The translations under genes were made by a program, and so were the position numbers. Shown one piece after another: positions 33,211 through 42,317 of a DNA stretch of 64,000 nucleotides. Source of the DNA: Nitrospinales bacterium (GTDB lineage Bacteria; Nitrospinota; Nitrospinia; Nitrospinales; VA-1); assembly GCA_965223795.1 (NCBI GenBank), contig CBDCXL010000002.1, positions 928,001 through 992,000 on the forward strand, given 5' to 3'. Position 1 is the stretch's first letter, and every line of letters begins with the position of its first letter. The notes under the pieces are model-generated. The model was not told the origin of the DNA. It did no database searches and was given only the letters and a program-made list of their open reading frames with translations.

Positions 33211-34371
33211 TCACAATCCGGCCGATTCGTAGGAATCGCTGACGTTTTTGATCCTGAGTTTGCGCCTAAACGCCGCGAACCCTTCCGAGGCCTTTTTGCT
33301 CAGGCGCGAGCGGTACACCGGCTTGGCCGCAAGCCCGGCTTTCTCAGGCGGTTCGACGAAAAACCCGGCATCCAGCGGGCTCACGGAGCGGCAGTTGGGA
33401 TACAGCCATTTGAGGGGGATTTTTTTGGCGATTGCCGTCTGCTGCATGTGGCGGACCACTTCCTTCACGCGCCAGTAATCCTTGCCGGTGTGCATGCTCG
33501 AAGGCAGCAACCGCAGTTGCGGAAGCACCCCGCGTTCGCAGATGAAATCGATGCGCTTTTTCACCATTTCCAGCGGATCGGCGCCCAGCACGAGTTCGGT
33601 CCACACGGTTCCCGGCGGGAAAATGCCCACGGCGTATTCGAGGGAGCTGTGCACGCGGTGCTCGGGATTGATCTCGCCGGTGGGGTCGGAACCGGCGAAG
33701 CCGCCGAGCGGAAAATCCAAGAGGTCGATACCAGAGGCGTACATGAAATCGATGATCTTTTTGTCCTGCGGCGGGAATCCCTTGAGCGCAACAAAGGTCT
33801 TAAACTTTTTCTTGATCGCCGCGATCACCGGCGCGAGCAGCTGAAATCCGCGGTCGCGGTCCTCGGTGTCGTCCATGTTGAGCTGCAACAGGTCCGCCGC
33901 GCCTTCCTCGAACGCCGACTGCACCACCGCGAGGATGGTGTCGAGATCCATGCTCAACCGTTCGCCCTTGTCCATGGCGCGCAGGAAAATGTTGAGGCAG
34001 TAGCCGTCCAGGCAGATGTTTTCGGAAACGGGAGTGCGTTCCTTCATCTGGTTTTTCAGAAATTCCGGCAGCGGCACGACGCCGATCTCGTCGCCGCCGG
34101 GATCGAGCACCAGCGCTTCTTTTTGCATGCCGATGCGGATGCGTCCTTCCTCAGGATGCCTGAGCTTCACCTTGGCGATGAAGTTTTCCGCCAGAGCCAG
34201 CGCGATTTCCTCTCCGGGCTTGCCGGGGCACACGCCGGAGGCCACTTCCGCGCGCGCGAGCACTTCCTGCGGAATGACCACGCCGCTCTGGATCAGCTCC
34301 AGCTTAAGCTGCCCGTAGGTTTTGACGGGGTTTTCCACCTGGATCCCCTGGTTCGGATTGTGCGCGTTCAC
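33211..34371 (-). CDS. Radical-SAM-fold protein lacking the Fe-S cysteine motif (putative pseudoenzyme)
   Basis: LKLELIQSGV, AIKKKF...PP...ID.MYA.G.D, LEYAVGIFPPGTVWTELVLG.DP...ID.I..RGVLP recall the MSMEG_0568-like radical SAM barrel; no CxxxCxxC. Confidence 0.6.
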   Translation of the reverse strand: MNAHNPNQGIQVENPVKTYGQLKLELIQSGVVIPQEVLARAEVASGVCPGKPGEEIALALAENFIAKVKLRHPEEGRIRIGMQKEALVLDPGGDEIGVVPLPEFLKNQMKERTPVSENICLDGYCLNIFLRAMDKGERLSMDLDTILAVVQSAFEEGAADLLQLNMDDTEDRDRGFQLLAPVIAAIKKKFKTFVALKGFPPQDKKIIDFMYASGIDLLDFPLGGFAGSDPTGEINPEHRVHSSLEYAVGIFPPGTVWTELVLGADPLEMVKKRIDFICERGVLPQLRLLPSSMHTGKDYWRVKEVVRHMQQTAIAKKIPLKWLYPNCRSVSPLDAGFFVEPPEKAGLAAKPVYRSRLSKKASEGFAAFRRKLRIKNVSDSYESAGL

Positions 34372-34380
34372 GATGATGGT

Positions 34381-35787
34381 TCACAAACGGTTGAGCAGTT
34401 TTTGATGGATGCCCTGGAATCCTCCGGAGGACATCACCAGCACCACGTCTTTCGGTCTGGCCTCACCGACCAGGTACTCGACGATCGCGTCCACCTCCGC
34501 GATGTGGCGGGCGCGGCCGCCCAGAGCTTTGATGTCGGCCACGACCTTGCCGGCATCGAGCCGGTCTTTCGGATCGATCTTGTCCGCACCGAACAATCCG
34601 GCGATGACGACGTCGTCGGCGGCGCGGAAACTTTCCGGGAACTGGTCCTGAAACACGTTGCGGCGCGAGGTCGCCGAGCGCGGCTCGAACACCGCGAACA
34701 CGCGGCCGCCCGTATAGGCCTGCTTCACCGCATCCAGCGTGAGCGCGATCGCCGTCGGGTGGTGGGCGAAATCGTCGATCACCACCACGCCGTTTTTTTC
34801 TCCCACGATCTCCTGCCGCCGCTTGATGCCGGCAAACCCGGAAAACGCGGCGCACACGTTTTCGGCCGGCAGCCCGCAGCGGATGGCGAGCGCGGCGACG
34901 GCGACGGCGTTTTCGGCATTGTGCCGCCCGATCATCGGCAGCCGGATCGTCCCCACCGCCCGGCCTTGATGAATAAGATCGAAACAGCCGGTTCCGTTTT
35001 CCTGGCGGTAGCCCTCGGCGCGCCAGTCGGCTTCCGGGGCAAACCCGTAACGCTCGACGGAACAGCGCGCTCCATTCAGAACGGAGTCCGCGTGGGGATC
35101 TGGAGATCTTACCAGCAAAACGCCATCGGGGTCGATAATTTCCACGAATTTTCGAAACGACGATTTCATGTGGTCGAGATCACGGTAAATATCCGCATGG
35201 TCGAACTCGACGCCGGTGAGAATGGCGGCGTGCGGCCGGTAATGCAGGAATTTGGGGCCTTTGTCGAAAAAGGCGGTGTCGTATTCGTCGCCCTCGGTCA
35301 CGAACACATCGCCTTTGGGGACGCGGTAATTGCGGTCGAAGTTTTTCAGCCAGCCGCCCACCATGAAACCCGGCTGCGCGCCGCAGTCGTGCAGCACCCA
35401 GGACAAAAGCGAGGTGGTGGTGGTCTTGCCGTGGGTCCCGGCGACCACCAGCGACTTGCGGCCGCCGAGAAAAAAACGGTTCAGGGCTTCGGGAAACGAG
35501 GTGTAGGGAATGCCCTTTTCCAGCACGGCCTGCACTTCCTCGTTGGTTTTCGAAACGGCGTTGCCGACGACGACGAGGTCGATGTCGTCCGTCAGGTTCC
35601 CGCGCCTGAAACCGTTGTGCACGGGAATTTTAAGATCCGCGAGCAGGGTGCTCATGGGCGGGTAGACGTTGTTGTCAGAACCGGTGACGTCGTGTCCGGC
35701 TTCCTTCAACAGTCCGGCGAGCGAGGCCATGCCGGTGCCGCAGATGGCGATGAGGTAGATTTTCTGGCTCTTGTTTTGAGGATTCAT
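34381..35787 (-). CDS. mpl: Murein peptide ligase (UDP-MurNAc:L-Ala-D-Glu-mDAP ligase)
   Basis: AICGTGM, VYPPMST, AGTHGKTTT, EGDEYDTAFFDK, EFDHADIY, DDFAHHPTAI, FEPRS. Confidence 0.93.
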   Translation of the reverse strand: MNPQNKSQKIYLIAICGTGMASLAGLLKEAGHDVTGSDNNVYPPMSTLLADLKIPVHNGFRRGNLTDDIDLVVVGNAVSKTNEEVQAVLEKGIPYTSFPEALNRFFLGGRKSLVVAGTHGKTTTTSLLSWVLHDCGAQPGFMVGGWLKNFDRNYRVPKGDVFVTEGDEYDTAFFDKGPKFLHYRPHAAILTGVEFDHADIYRDLDHMKSSFRKFVEIIDPDGVLLVRSPDPHADSVLNGARCSVERYGFAPEADWRAEGYRQENGTGCFDLIHQGRAVGTIRLPMIGRHNAENAVAVAALAIRCGLPAENVCAAFSGFAGIKRRQEIVGEKNGVVVIDDFAHHPTAIALTLDAVKQAYTGGRVFAVFEPRSATSRRNVFQDQFPESFRAADDVVIAGLFGADKIDPKDRLDAGKVVADIKALGGRARHIAEVDAIVEYLVGEARPKDVVLVMSSGGFQGIHQKLLNRL

Positions 35788-35798
35788 CCGGTCGGCAG

Positions 35799-35827
35799 AT
35801 TGTAGTTTTCGAGACAGGCGATGTCAA
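35799..35827 (-). promoter_or_regulatory. Near-consensus sigma70 promoter of mpl
   Basis: TTGACA-N17-TACAAT, 11 nt upstream of the mpl ATG. Confidence 0.72.
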
Positions 35828-35867
35828 CTCAGCCCTGCTAAAGGGAAAGCGGGAACCCCTTCGGCAT

Positions 35868-36512
35868 TCAATGAATGTGTTTCTCAAGCTCGCCGAGATC
35901 GTCGATGACGAGGTCGGGCTTGAGACCCAGCAGCGCTTCGCGGTCGCCGAGGCCGTAGGTGACGGCGCAGGTGTGGACGCCGGCTTTTTTTCCGGTTTCG
36001 ATGTCCAGAGCGCTGTCGCCGACCATGAGCACCTGTTCGGGTTTCAGGGAATACCGGTCCAGCAAAAAGTGCATGCCTTCGGGATCGGGTTTGCGGGTTT
36101 TGAAGGTGTCGCCGCCGATCACGGCGTCGAAGAAGCGGTCACTGTTTAAGTGAACGAGGATCTGTCTCACGAAATCTTCGGGCTTGTTGGAACAGATGGC
36201 CTGAGTCCTGTCGGCGAAGCGTTCCAGAATCGCGCGGCCGTTGGGGTAGAACCGGGTGTGGTCCATCAGGTGCTCGGCGTAATGCCTGCGGAACAGATTC
36301 ACGGCCTGATCGATATCCGCATAGCCGGTGCCGTTCAGAGCGCGGGTCATGAGCATGGCGACGCCGCTGCCGACGCAGCGCTTGATGGTATCGGTGCCGA
36401 GGCGGGCGAAGCCCAGCTCTTCAAGAGCGAGATTGACGGAAAGGGCGATGTCCTCCAGGGTGTCGACCAGGGTGCCGTCGAAATCGTAGACGATGAGAGA
36501 GATGTTCTTCAT
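35868..36512 (-). CDS. HAD-IA phosphatase (Gph/MupP-like)
   Basis: YDFDGTLVDT, CSNK, KPDP, MVGDSALD. Confidence 0.88.
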   Translation of the reverse strand: MKNISLIVYDFDGTLVDTLEDIALSVNLALEELGFARLGTDTIKRCVGSGVAMLMTRALNGTGYADIDQAVNLFRRHYAEHLMDHTRFYPNGRAILERFADRTQAICSNKPEDFVRQILVHLNSDRFFDAVIGGDTFKTRKPDPEGMHFLLDRYSLKPEQVLMVGDSALDIETGKKAGVHTCAVTYGLGDREALLGLKPDLVIDDLGELEKHIH

Positions 36513-36646
36513 CCAAGGGAAGCGCCCGTTGGGGACGCGGACCGGGCGGGGTCACTCCGCACGTGATTCAGGCAATGCGCTTCATGTTACCGTGCGCCGG
36601 ATCGGGGAGCAAGCCGTATGATGCCGGGAGCTTCGCCTGGGAGGGG

Positions 36647-36958
36647 TCATTCTTCGAGGCTGGAGGTGAAGCGGTACGCCTTGACGATGTTGTTCTCATC
36701 GAACAGGATCACGAGGTCTTTGGACTGCGTGTCGGTGAACGCGTTCCACTGGTCGTACTGGTAGGTCCACATGACGTGTTCGTTTTCCAGACCTTCTTTG
36801 AAGGGGATGCCGAACCAGTCGAGCACTTCGGACTGGGTGGTCACGTTTTTCTGAATGTTCTGCACTTTATCGCTTTCAAAGTCTTTCCCCACGGTACCGC
36901 ATCCAGCCATCAACAGAATCAGAGCCAGTGCCGACAAAGTAATCAGGGAACGTTTCAT
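36647..36958 (-). CDS. SmpA/OmlA(BamE)-like small lipoprotein
   Basis: ATG 36958 with AGGAGG SD; lipobox MAGC; TTQSEVLDWFGIP...WTY...LVILFDENNIV. Confidence 0.75.
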   Translation of the reverse strand: MKRSLITLSALALILLMAGCGTVGKDFESDKVQNIQKNVTTQSEVLDWFGIPFKEGLENEHVMWTYQYDQWNAFTDTQSKDLVILFDENNIVKAYRFTSSLEE

Positions 36959-37145
36959 TTGTGACCTCCTTTCGATGCCTCGCTGTTCGCGTTCCGCCAA
37001 ACCGGGCAGTCTGGGCTGCGGTTTGTCGCGGGTTTTCAACGATATCGGATCGGCGAAACAAAGTCTACCAAAAATGGCTTAAAAAGTATAATCTTAACGC
37101 TTTTAAAAACTGGAAAGTCTTTTAACTTCAAAGGATAAATTTTTC

Positions 37146-38210
37146 ATGCGTTTTCGCTCCCAATTCCACGGCCCGGCTGCGGTTCCGCGCACCCTCACGG
37201 TGCGGCTGTTCCAGATCGCGGCGATCGCGTTGACGTTTTCCGCCTGCGCGCTGCCTCCCGAAAAATCCAGCCGCGGCGCGGCGGACGTGTTCGTCGAGGA
37301 CGGCTATGTGGAAACCTCGCCGCTTCTGGGACCGAAAGGCTACCTTCTCAAATCGATCGCCCGGGATGTGTATTTTTTTTCCACAGGCGTGTACAACACG
37401 ATGTTCGTCGCCACCTCGGAAGGGGTCATTCTGATCGATCCAATCCGCGATCAGGGCGAAGCGCTGAAAAAAGCCATCCGCGAAACCACCGCGCTGCCGG
37501 TGAAATTTCTCATCTACTCGCACGCGCATCTGGATCACATCGGCGACGCCTACCTGTTTTCCAACGACGCGCAGGTCATCGCGCAGAAAGAAACCACCGA
37601 GCTGCTCAAGCTCTACAAGGACCCGTACCGCCCGGTGCCGAACATCAGTTTCGGGGAACGCTACAGCCTGACTCTGGGCGGCATCCAGGTCGACCTCATC
37701 TATCCCGGCGAGGGGCACGGCAAGGGCAACATCGTCGTCCACCTGCCGCAGCGCAAGGTGCTGATGTACGTGGACGTGGCGACGCCGCGGGCGGTGCCGC
37801 ACAAGAATTTCGGCACGATCGACATTTACCGGCAGATCAAGGGCATCGAACAGGCCCTGGCGCTCGATTTCACGGTGTACGTCGCCGGCCACCTGCACCG
37901 GCCGGGCACCCGCGAGGAGATGAAGGAAGTGCTGGATTACCACTACGCGTCCAAACGGGCCAATGCGATGGCGCTCAAGAAGGTGTCCTTCGAAGCGGTG
38001 CGGGCGCGGTCGAAAACGCGCGACGCGGAGCGGCTGCTGGGGGAGTATTACGATGCGGTGGCGGAGGTCTGTTACCAGATCCTCAAAAAGGACTGGAAGC
38101 CGCGGCTGATGGGATTTGAAGCGTTCACGCGCGGACACTGCGATGTGTGGACGGAATACCATCGCACGCACGTGGCTCCGGCGGCGGTCCTCAAACCGTC
38201 CGCGAATTAG
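37146..38210 (+). CDS. Metallo-beta-lactamase-fold hydrolase, probable lipoprotein
   Basis: SHAHLDHIG, GHG, VAGH; lipobox-like FSAC. Confidence 0.85.
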   Translation: MRFRSQFHGPAAVPRTLTVRLFQIAAIALTFSACALPPEKSSRGAADVFVEDGYVETSPLLGPKGYLLKSIARDVYFFSTGVYNTMFVATSEGVILIDPIRDQGEALKKAIRETTALPVKFLIYSHAHLDHIGDAYLFSNDAQVIAQKETTELLKLYKDPYRPVPNISFGERYSLTLGGIQVDLIYPGEGHGKGNIVVHLPQRKVLMYVDVATPRAVPHKNFGTIDIYRQIKGIEQALALDFTVYVAGHLHRPGTREEMKEVLDYHYASKRANAMALKKVSFEAVRARSKTRDAERLLGEYYDAVAEVCYQILKKDWKPRLMGFEAFTRGHCDVWTEYHRTHVAPAAVLKPSAN

Positions 38211-39226
38211 GAACCGGCGTTGCCGTCGAGGTTTTTGTAGGCGCTGAGGATCGTTTCGACCTCGGTGTGCGCGTGCACGGGCATGCGGCCTCCCATGTGG
38301 GTCACCACCTGGGCGGCGCAATAGGAACCCAGGATCGCCGATTCTTCCAGCGTGTGTTTGCGGATCATGCCGTGCAGGGCGCCCGCCGCGAACAGGTCCC
38401 CGGCGCCGGTCGTGTCCACGGGCTTCACCGGGAACGTTCCCACGGCAATGCGGCCGTGCTGGCCGTTTCCCACCCAGGCGCCTTCAGCGCCGCGTGTCAA
38501 AAACACGGTCTCGCACATTCCCTTGAGGGCGTTGAACGCGGCATCCAGATCACCGGTTTCCGCGATGGCGATCGCTTCGGGCTCGTTGCAGAACAGAACG
38601 TCCACGTTCCAGCGGATGAATTCGATCAGGTCCTCCTTGAAGCTGTTGACCACGAACGCATCGCTCAAGGTGAAGGCCACCGGGATGGCGTTTTTTTTCG
38701 CGATCTCGGTCATCTTCAAGGCGGCGGCGCGGGTCTCTTCGCCGGTCCACAGATACCCCTCGATGTAGACCAGGCGGGCGTTTTTCACGATGGTCGCGTC
38801 GACGTTTTCGGGATGCAGGTTGGAGGACACGCCGAGGTGGGTGAGCATGGTCCTCTCGGAATCGGGAGTGATGAGGACGATGCAGGTGCCGGTGCCGTTC
38901 GTCTCCGCGCTGGGACCGGGAAAACCGACGCCGCACACTTTCATGTCCTCGGTGTAATGGCGGCCGAAATCGTCGTCGGCGACGCGGCCGAGGTAGTAGG
39001 CGTCCGATCCCAGGACCTTGATCCCGTGCACGGTGTTGGCGGCGGAGCCCCCGGATGCGATTTTGCGGGAGCTGCCGGGCAGGGCGTTCAACACGTCGTT
39101 CTGCTGGGCGGAGGAGTACAGCGTCATGCCGCCTTTGGTCAAAGCGAGTTTTTCGATGAAGGCGTCGTCGACGCGAATTTCGATGTCCACCAGGGCGTTG
39201 CCGATGCCGACCAGATCGTAGTTCAT
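38207..39226 (-). CDS. PfkB-family (adenosine kinase-like) carbohydrate/nucleoside kinase
   Basis: GIGNALVD, GGSAANT, ERTMLTHLG, VDTTGAGDLFAAG. Confidence 0.9.
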   Translation of the reverse strand: MNYDLVGIGNALVDIEIRVDDAFIEKLALTKGGMTLYSSAQQNDVLNALPGSSRKIASGGSAANTVHGIKVLGSDAYYLGRVADDDFGRHYTEDMKVCGVGFPGPSAETNGTGTCIVLITPDSERTMLTHLGVSSNLHPENVDATIVKNARLVYIEGYLWTGEETRAAALKMTEIAKKNAIPVAFTLSDAFVVNSFKEDLIEFIRWNVDVLFCNEPEAIAIAETGDLDAAFNALKGMCETVFLTRGAEGAWVGNGQHGRIAVGTFPVKPVDTTGAGDLFAAGALHGMIRKHTLEESAILGSYCAAQVVTHMGGRMPVHAHTEVETILSAYKNLDGNAGS

Positions 39227-39256
39227 ATGAATTGAATTTCGTTTAAGGATGAAGGG

Positions 39257-39793
39257 TCAGAGTCCGCCGCCGGATTTGCCCGCCAGCGGAGGGGATACGA
39301 ACATGCGATAGACGAGCACGCCGAACAGGACCACCGCCGATAGAAAAAAGGAGGCGCCCGAAATCTGGGCCACCAGCCCGACCGCTTCCTTGGCGGCGCC
39401 GGTGGAGCCCATGCCCGGAGCGAGGACGCCGGCCAGCAGCCAGAAAAACCCATAGCCCAGGCTGCCGAAACCGCTCAGGATCGAAATGCCAAGCTGCAGC
39501 CGCGAGGGGAACTGAAGCCAGGCGACCAGAAAAGCGAACGCGATGGCGATGACTCCCATGGTCTGGGAATGCAGGTGGGCCCGCTTCATGTAGACCCAGG
39601 ACTTTTTCGCGACTTTGTCGGCTTTTTCCTGCTCGCCGCCGTATTTTTCACTGAGCACGGCGTCGGCGTCGGCTTTGAAAGAATTTTTGATGCTGTCTTC
39701 GCAGCAGCCGAAGGAAAGCCCCATCAAACCACCGAACAGGATGGCGATCAGGGCGATGAGGACGCCGTATTTGATGTGTGTGAAATCGATCAT
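39257..39793 (-). CDS. Hypothetical 4-TM membrane protein with an RAHLH motif
   Basis: Hydrophobic helices, AAGGAG SD, WVYMKRAHLHSQTMG. Confidence 0.72.
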   Translation of the reverse strand: MIDFTHIKYGVLIALIAILFGGLMGLSFGCCEDSIKNSFKADADAVLSEKYGGEQEKADKVAKKSWVYMKRAHLHSQTMGVIAIAFAFLVAWLQFPSRLQLGISILSGFGSLGYGFFWLLAGVLAPGMGSTGAAKEAVGLVAQISGASFFLSAVVLFGVLVYRMFVSPPLAGKSGGGL

Positions 39794-39922
39794 GGAATGT
39801 CTCCTTCGCGGTTATTCCGGGCACCTTGCCGCGTGCCCCGGCGGCACGGCACGCGGAACGCCTTACACCTTGAGTTATTTGGGATTTGTAATCTTTGGCA
39901 TTAGCCTGTAAAATTTCATAGC

Positions 39923-41389
39923 ATGAATGAGGTCGTCCTCAAGCTGAAATCCATTCTTTGTTCCGCATTCTGCGCCGCACTTCTCGCCTTCCCTTCCTTG
40001 AGTTTCGCGGACGCGGCTTCCTTCGCAGAATCCCTCGATGCCATACTCAAAAACCCGTGCCTGAAACAGGACCGCTACGGGATCGCCGTCTATTCGCTGG
40101 ACCGGCAAGAATATCTGTTCGAATTGCGAAAAGATCAGCGCTTCATTCCCGCATCGAACCTGAAGCTCATCACCACCGCCGCGGCGCTCAAGCATCTCGG
40201 TCCCGATTACCGTTTTCCGACCCGCCTGTTCACGACGGGCAGGGTGGAAGGCGACGTTCTGTTCGGAGACCTCTACATTAAAGGTTACGGCGATCCCAAG
40301 TTCGTCACGGAACAGATGTGGCTCCTGGTCAACGAGCTTGAAAACCTGCCGGTCCGAAAAATCGTGGGCAACCTCCTCGCCGACGCTTCCTATTTCGATC
40401 CGGTGCACCGCGTAAAAACCTGGAGCAAGGTGTCCGGCCCCGAGGCGTACAACGCGCCTCTGGGAGCGCTGTCCTTCAACTTCAACACCGTGACGGTTTA
40501 TGTCTCACCGGGGAAAAAACCGGGGCAGAAACCTCTGGTCATCCTGGAACCGGAGACCGAATATGTCAAGCTGGGCAACCAGGCGCGGACGCTGGCTCCC
40601 AGAAAGCGCGGCCGCCTGATCGTCAATCGGGTGAACCGGGGAAGCTACGATGAAGTCATCGTGCGTGGCGGAATCCGCTCCAATCTAGCGCGATCGAAAT
40701 ACTATGTCAACATCAGCGAACCTGCCGCATACACGGTGAACGTGCTGCGCGAGTACCTGACCCGCGCCGGCATCGAAGTGGTGGGCGGCATCGGCGAGGC
40801 GGAGGTGCCCGAGGGTGCACACCTTCTGCTCGAGCACGAATCGGAGCCTTTGTCGCTGGCGCTGCGCGGCCTGAACAAGTTCAGCAACAACTTTGTCGCG
40901 GAGCAGATCTTAAAAACGCTGGGAGCGGACCGGTTCGGCCCGCCGGGCACCACGGAAAACGGCATCCGCATCATCGACGAATACATGCAGGAGCTGGGCT
41001 TCGCTTCGGAGGATTACAAGATCCTCGACGGGTCGGGCCTGTCGCGGGACAGCCGCCTCACGCCGGAGCAGATCATCCGGGTGCTGGAAAATGTGCGTCA
41101 GGACCTCAGCATCTATCCGGAGTTCATTTCAGCGCTGGGTGTGATGGGTGTGGACGGCAACGTCAAGAAGCGGATGAACGGTGTGAAGGATTCGCAGAAA
41201 GCGCGGGTCAAGACGGGAACGCTGAACGGCGTGAGCGCGCTCTCAGGCTATTTTCAATCGAAGGATGGGGAGAAGTTCGCGTTTTCCATTCTGATGAACG
41301 ATCTGGGGTGCAGCAACGGCCGCGCGCTGAAACTTCAGGACCGCATTCTGCGCGAGGGTCTGAAATTCACGCGCAAAGAAAATCCGTAA
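39923..41389 (+). CDS. dacB: D-Ala-D-Ala carboxypeptidase/endopeptidase (PBP4, peptidase S13)
   Basis: PASNLK (SxxK), SNN, DGSGLS, KTGTL. Confidence 0.94.
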   Translation: MNEVVLKLKSILCSAFCAALLAFPSLSFADAASFAESLDAILKNPCLKQDRYGIAVYSLDRQEYLFELRKDQRFIPASNLKLITTAAALKHLGPDYRFPTRLFTTGRVEGDVLFGDLYIKGYGDPKFVTEQMWLLVNELENLPVRKIVGNLLADASYFDPVHRVKTWSKVSGPEAYNAPLGALSFNFNTVTVYVSPGKKPGQKPLVILEPETEYVKLGNQARTLAPRKRGRLIVNRVNRGSYDEVIVRGGIRSNLARSKYYVNISEPAAYTVNVLREYLTRAGIEVVGGIGEAEVPEGAHLLLEHESEPLSLALRGLNKFSNNFVAEQILKTLGADRFGPPGTTENGIRIIDEYMQELGFASEDYKILDGSGLSRDSRLTPEQIIRVLENVRQDLSIYPEFISALGVMGVDGNVKKRMNGVKDSQKARVKTGTLNGVSALSGYFQSKDGEKFAFSILMNDLGCSNGRALKLQDRILREGLKFTRKENP

Positions 41390-41416
41390 CCGAATCCCAC
41401 CCGAATCAGAGTCCGC

Positions 41417-42223
41417 TCAATCTCCGAAAATCTTGCGGTTCTCCTTGCGGTCTTCCTCTAAAATCTTCTTCCAGTCCCGTTTCAGATACGGCGAGTCCAG
41501 GTAATCCTGATAGATGGTCTTGGCCAGCTCGATGCGGTCCACGCCTTCAGGGGCGACCTGAATGTCCAGCTGGGCGAGCGCCATATCGAAATCGCGGTCG
41601 AGCAGCGACCCCGCATCCATGCCGTACTCCTGCAGCGCCTGCTTGATGGTTCCCGGGTCCTTTTGAAAGCGGTTGGCCACTTCGTTGATGTTCGAAGGCT
41701 TGTATTGTTTGCCGGGGCCGATCCCCAGATGGTAGGCGCAGAACAGCTCGAAAGGATCGAGATCGGCAAATTTTTTGCCGGGCGCACGGCCTTTGTTCTG
41801 CGGCGCGGATGCCCCGGTTTTGGCAGCGCTGTTTCTCGCAGCGGGTCCGCCGGTACCCCGGCCCTCTTTGGACGGATGACGGCCTCTCGACTGGGGATAC
41901 GGGTTCGTGCCGTTTCTCTGCGACCGGTCCTGTGAGTTGCGCTGGCGGCCGCCGTTTTTTCCCGAGTTGTTGTCGTTTTTTCCGGAGGTTTTTTTCCCGG
42001 TGCGGTCGCGCTTGTTGATGATGGGAATGTGCGAGGTGAGCGTCTGCGATGTGGGCGACATCCATTGCTCCACCGCACGCTGGTGGTTTTCTCGGGCCGA
42101 CTGGCCGCGGCCGCGGGAGGGATTGCCGCGGTTGGAAGGCGATTTGGAGGACCGGTTCTGGTTGCGGCCGGTCCCGTCCCGGGATTTGTTGCCGGGACGC
42201 CGGGAATTGCTTGAGTTTTTCAA
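41417..42223 (-). CDS. Hypothetical protein: basic disordered N-terminus plus compact C-terminal domain
   Basis: Likely TTG start at 42223 after AGGAAAGG; R/G/N/S-rich N-terminal half; C-terminal DPFELFCAYHLGI...AQLDIQVAP. Confidence 0.7.
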   Translation of the reverse strand: MKNSSNSRRPGNKSRDGTGRNQNRSSKSPSNRGNPSRGRGQSARENHQRAVEQWMSPTSQTLTSHIPIINKRDRTGKKTSGKNDNNSGKNGGRQRNSQDRSQRNGTNPYPQSRGRHPSKEGRGTGGPAARNSAAKTGASAPQNKGRAPGKKFADLDPFELFCAYHLGIGPGKQYKPSNINEVANRFQKDPGTIKQALQEYGMDAGSLLDRDFDMALAQLDIQVAPEGVDRIELAKTIYQDYLDSPYLKRDWKKILEEDRKENRKIFGD

Positions 42224-42317
42224 GATGCCTTTCCTCTTTGATAAGAAACGTTCGTGGGGGCCGCCCGATCCTGCGTGATTCCATCGTGTTTCATCATCGG
42301 CCAACCTTGTTGCGTTC

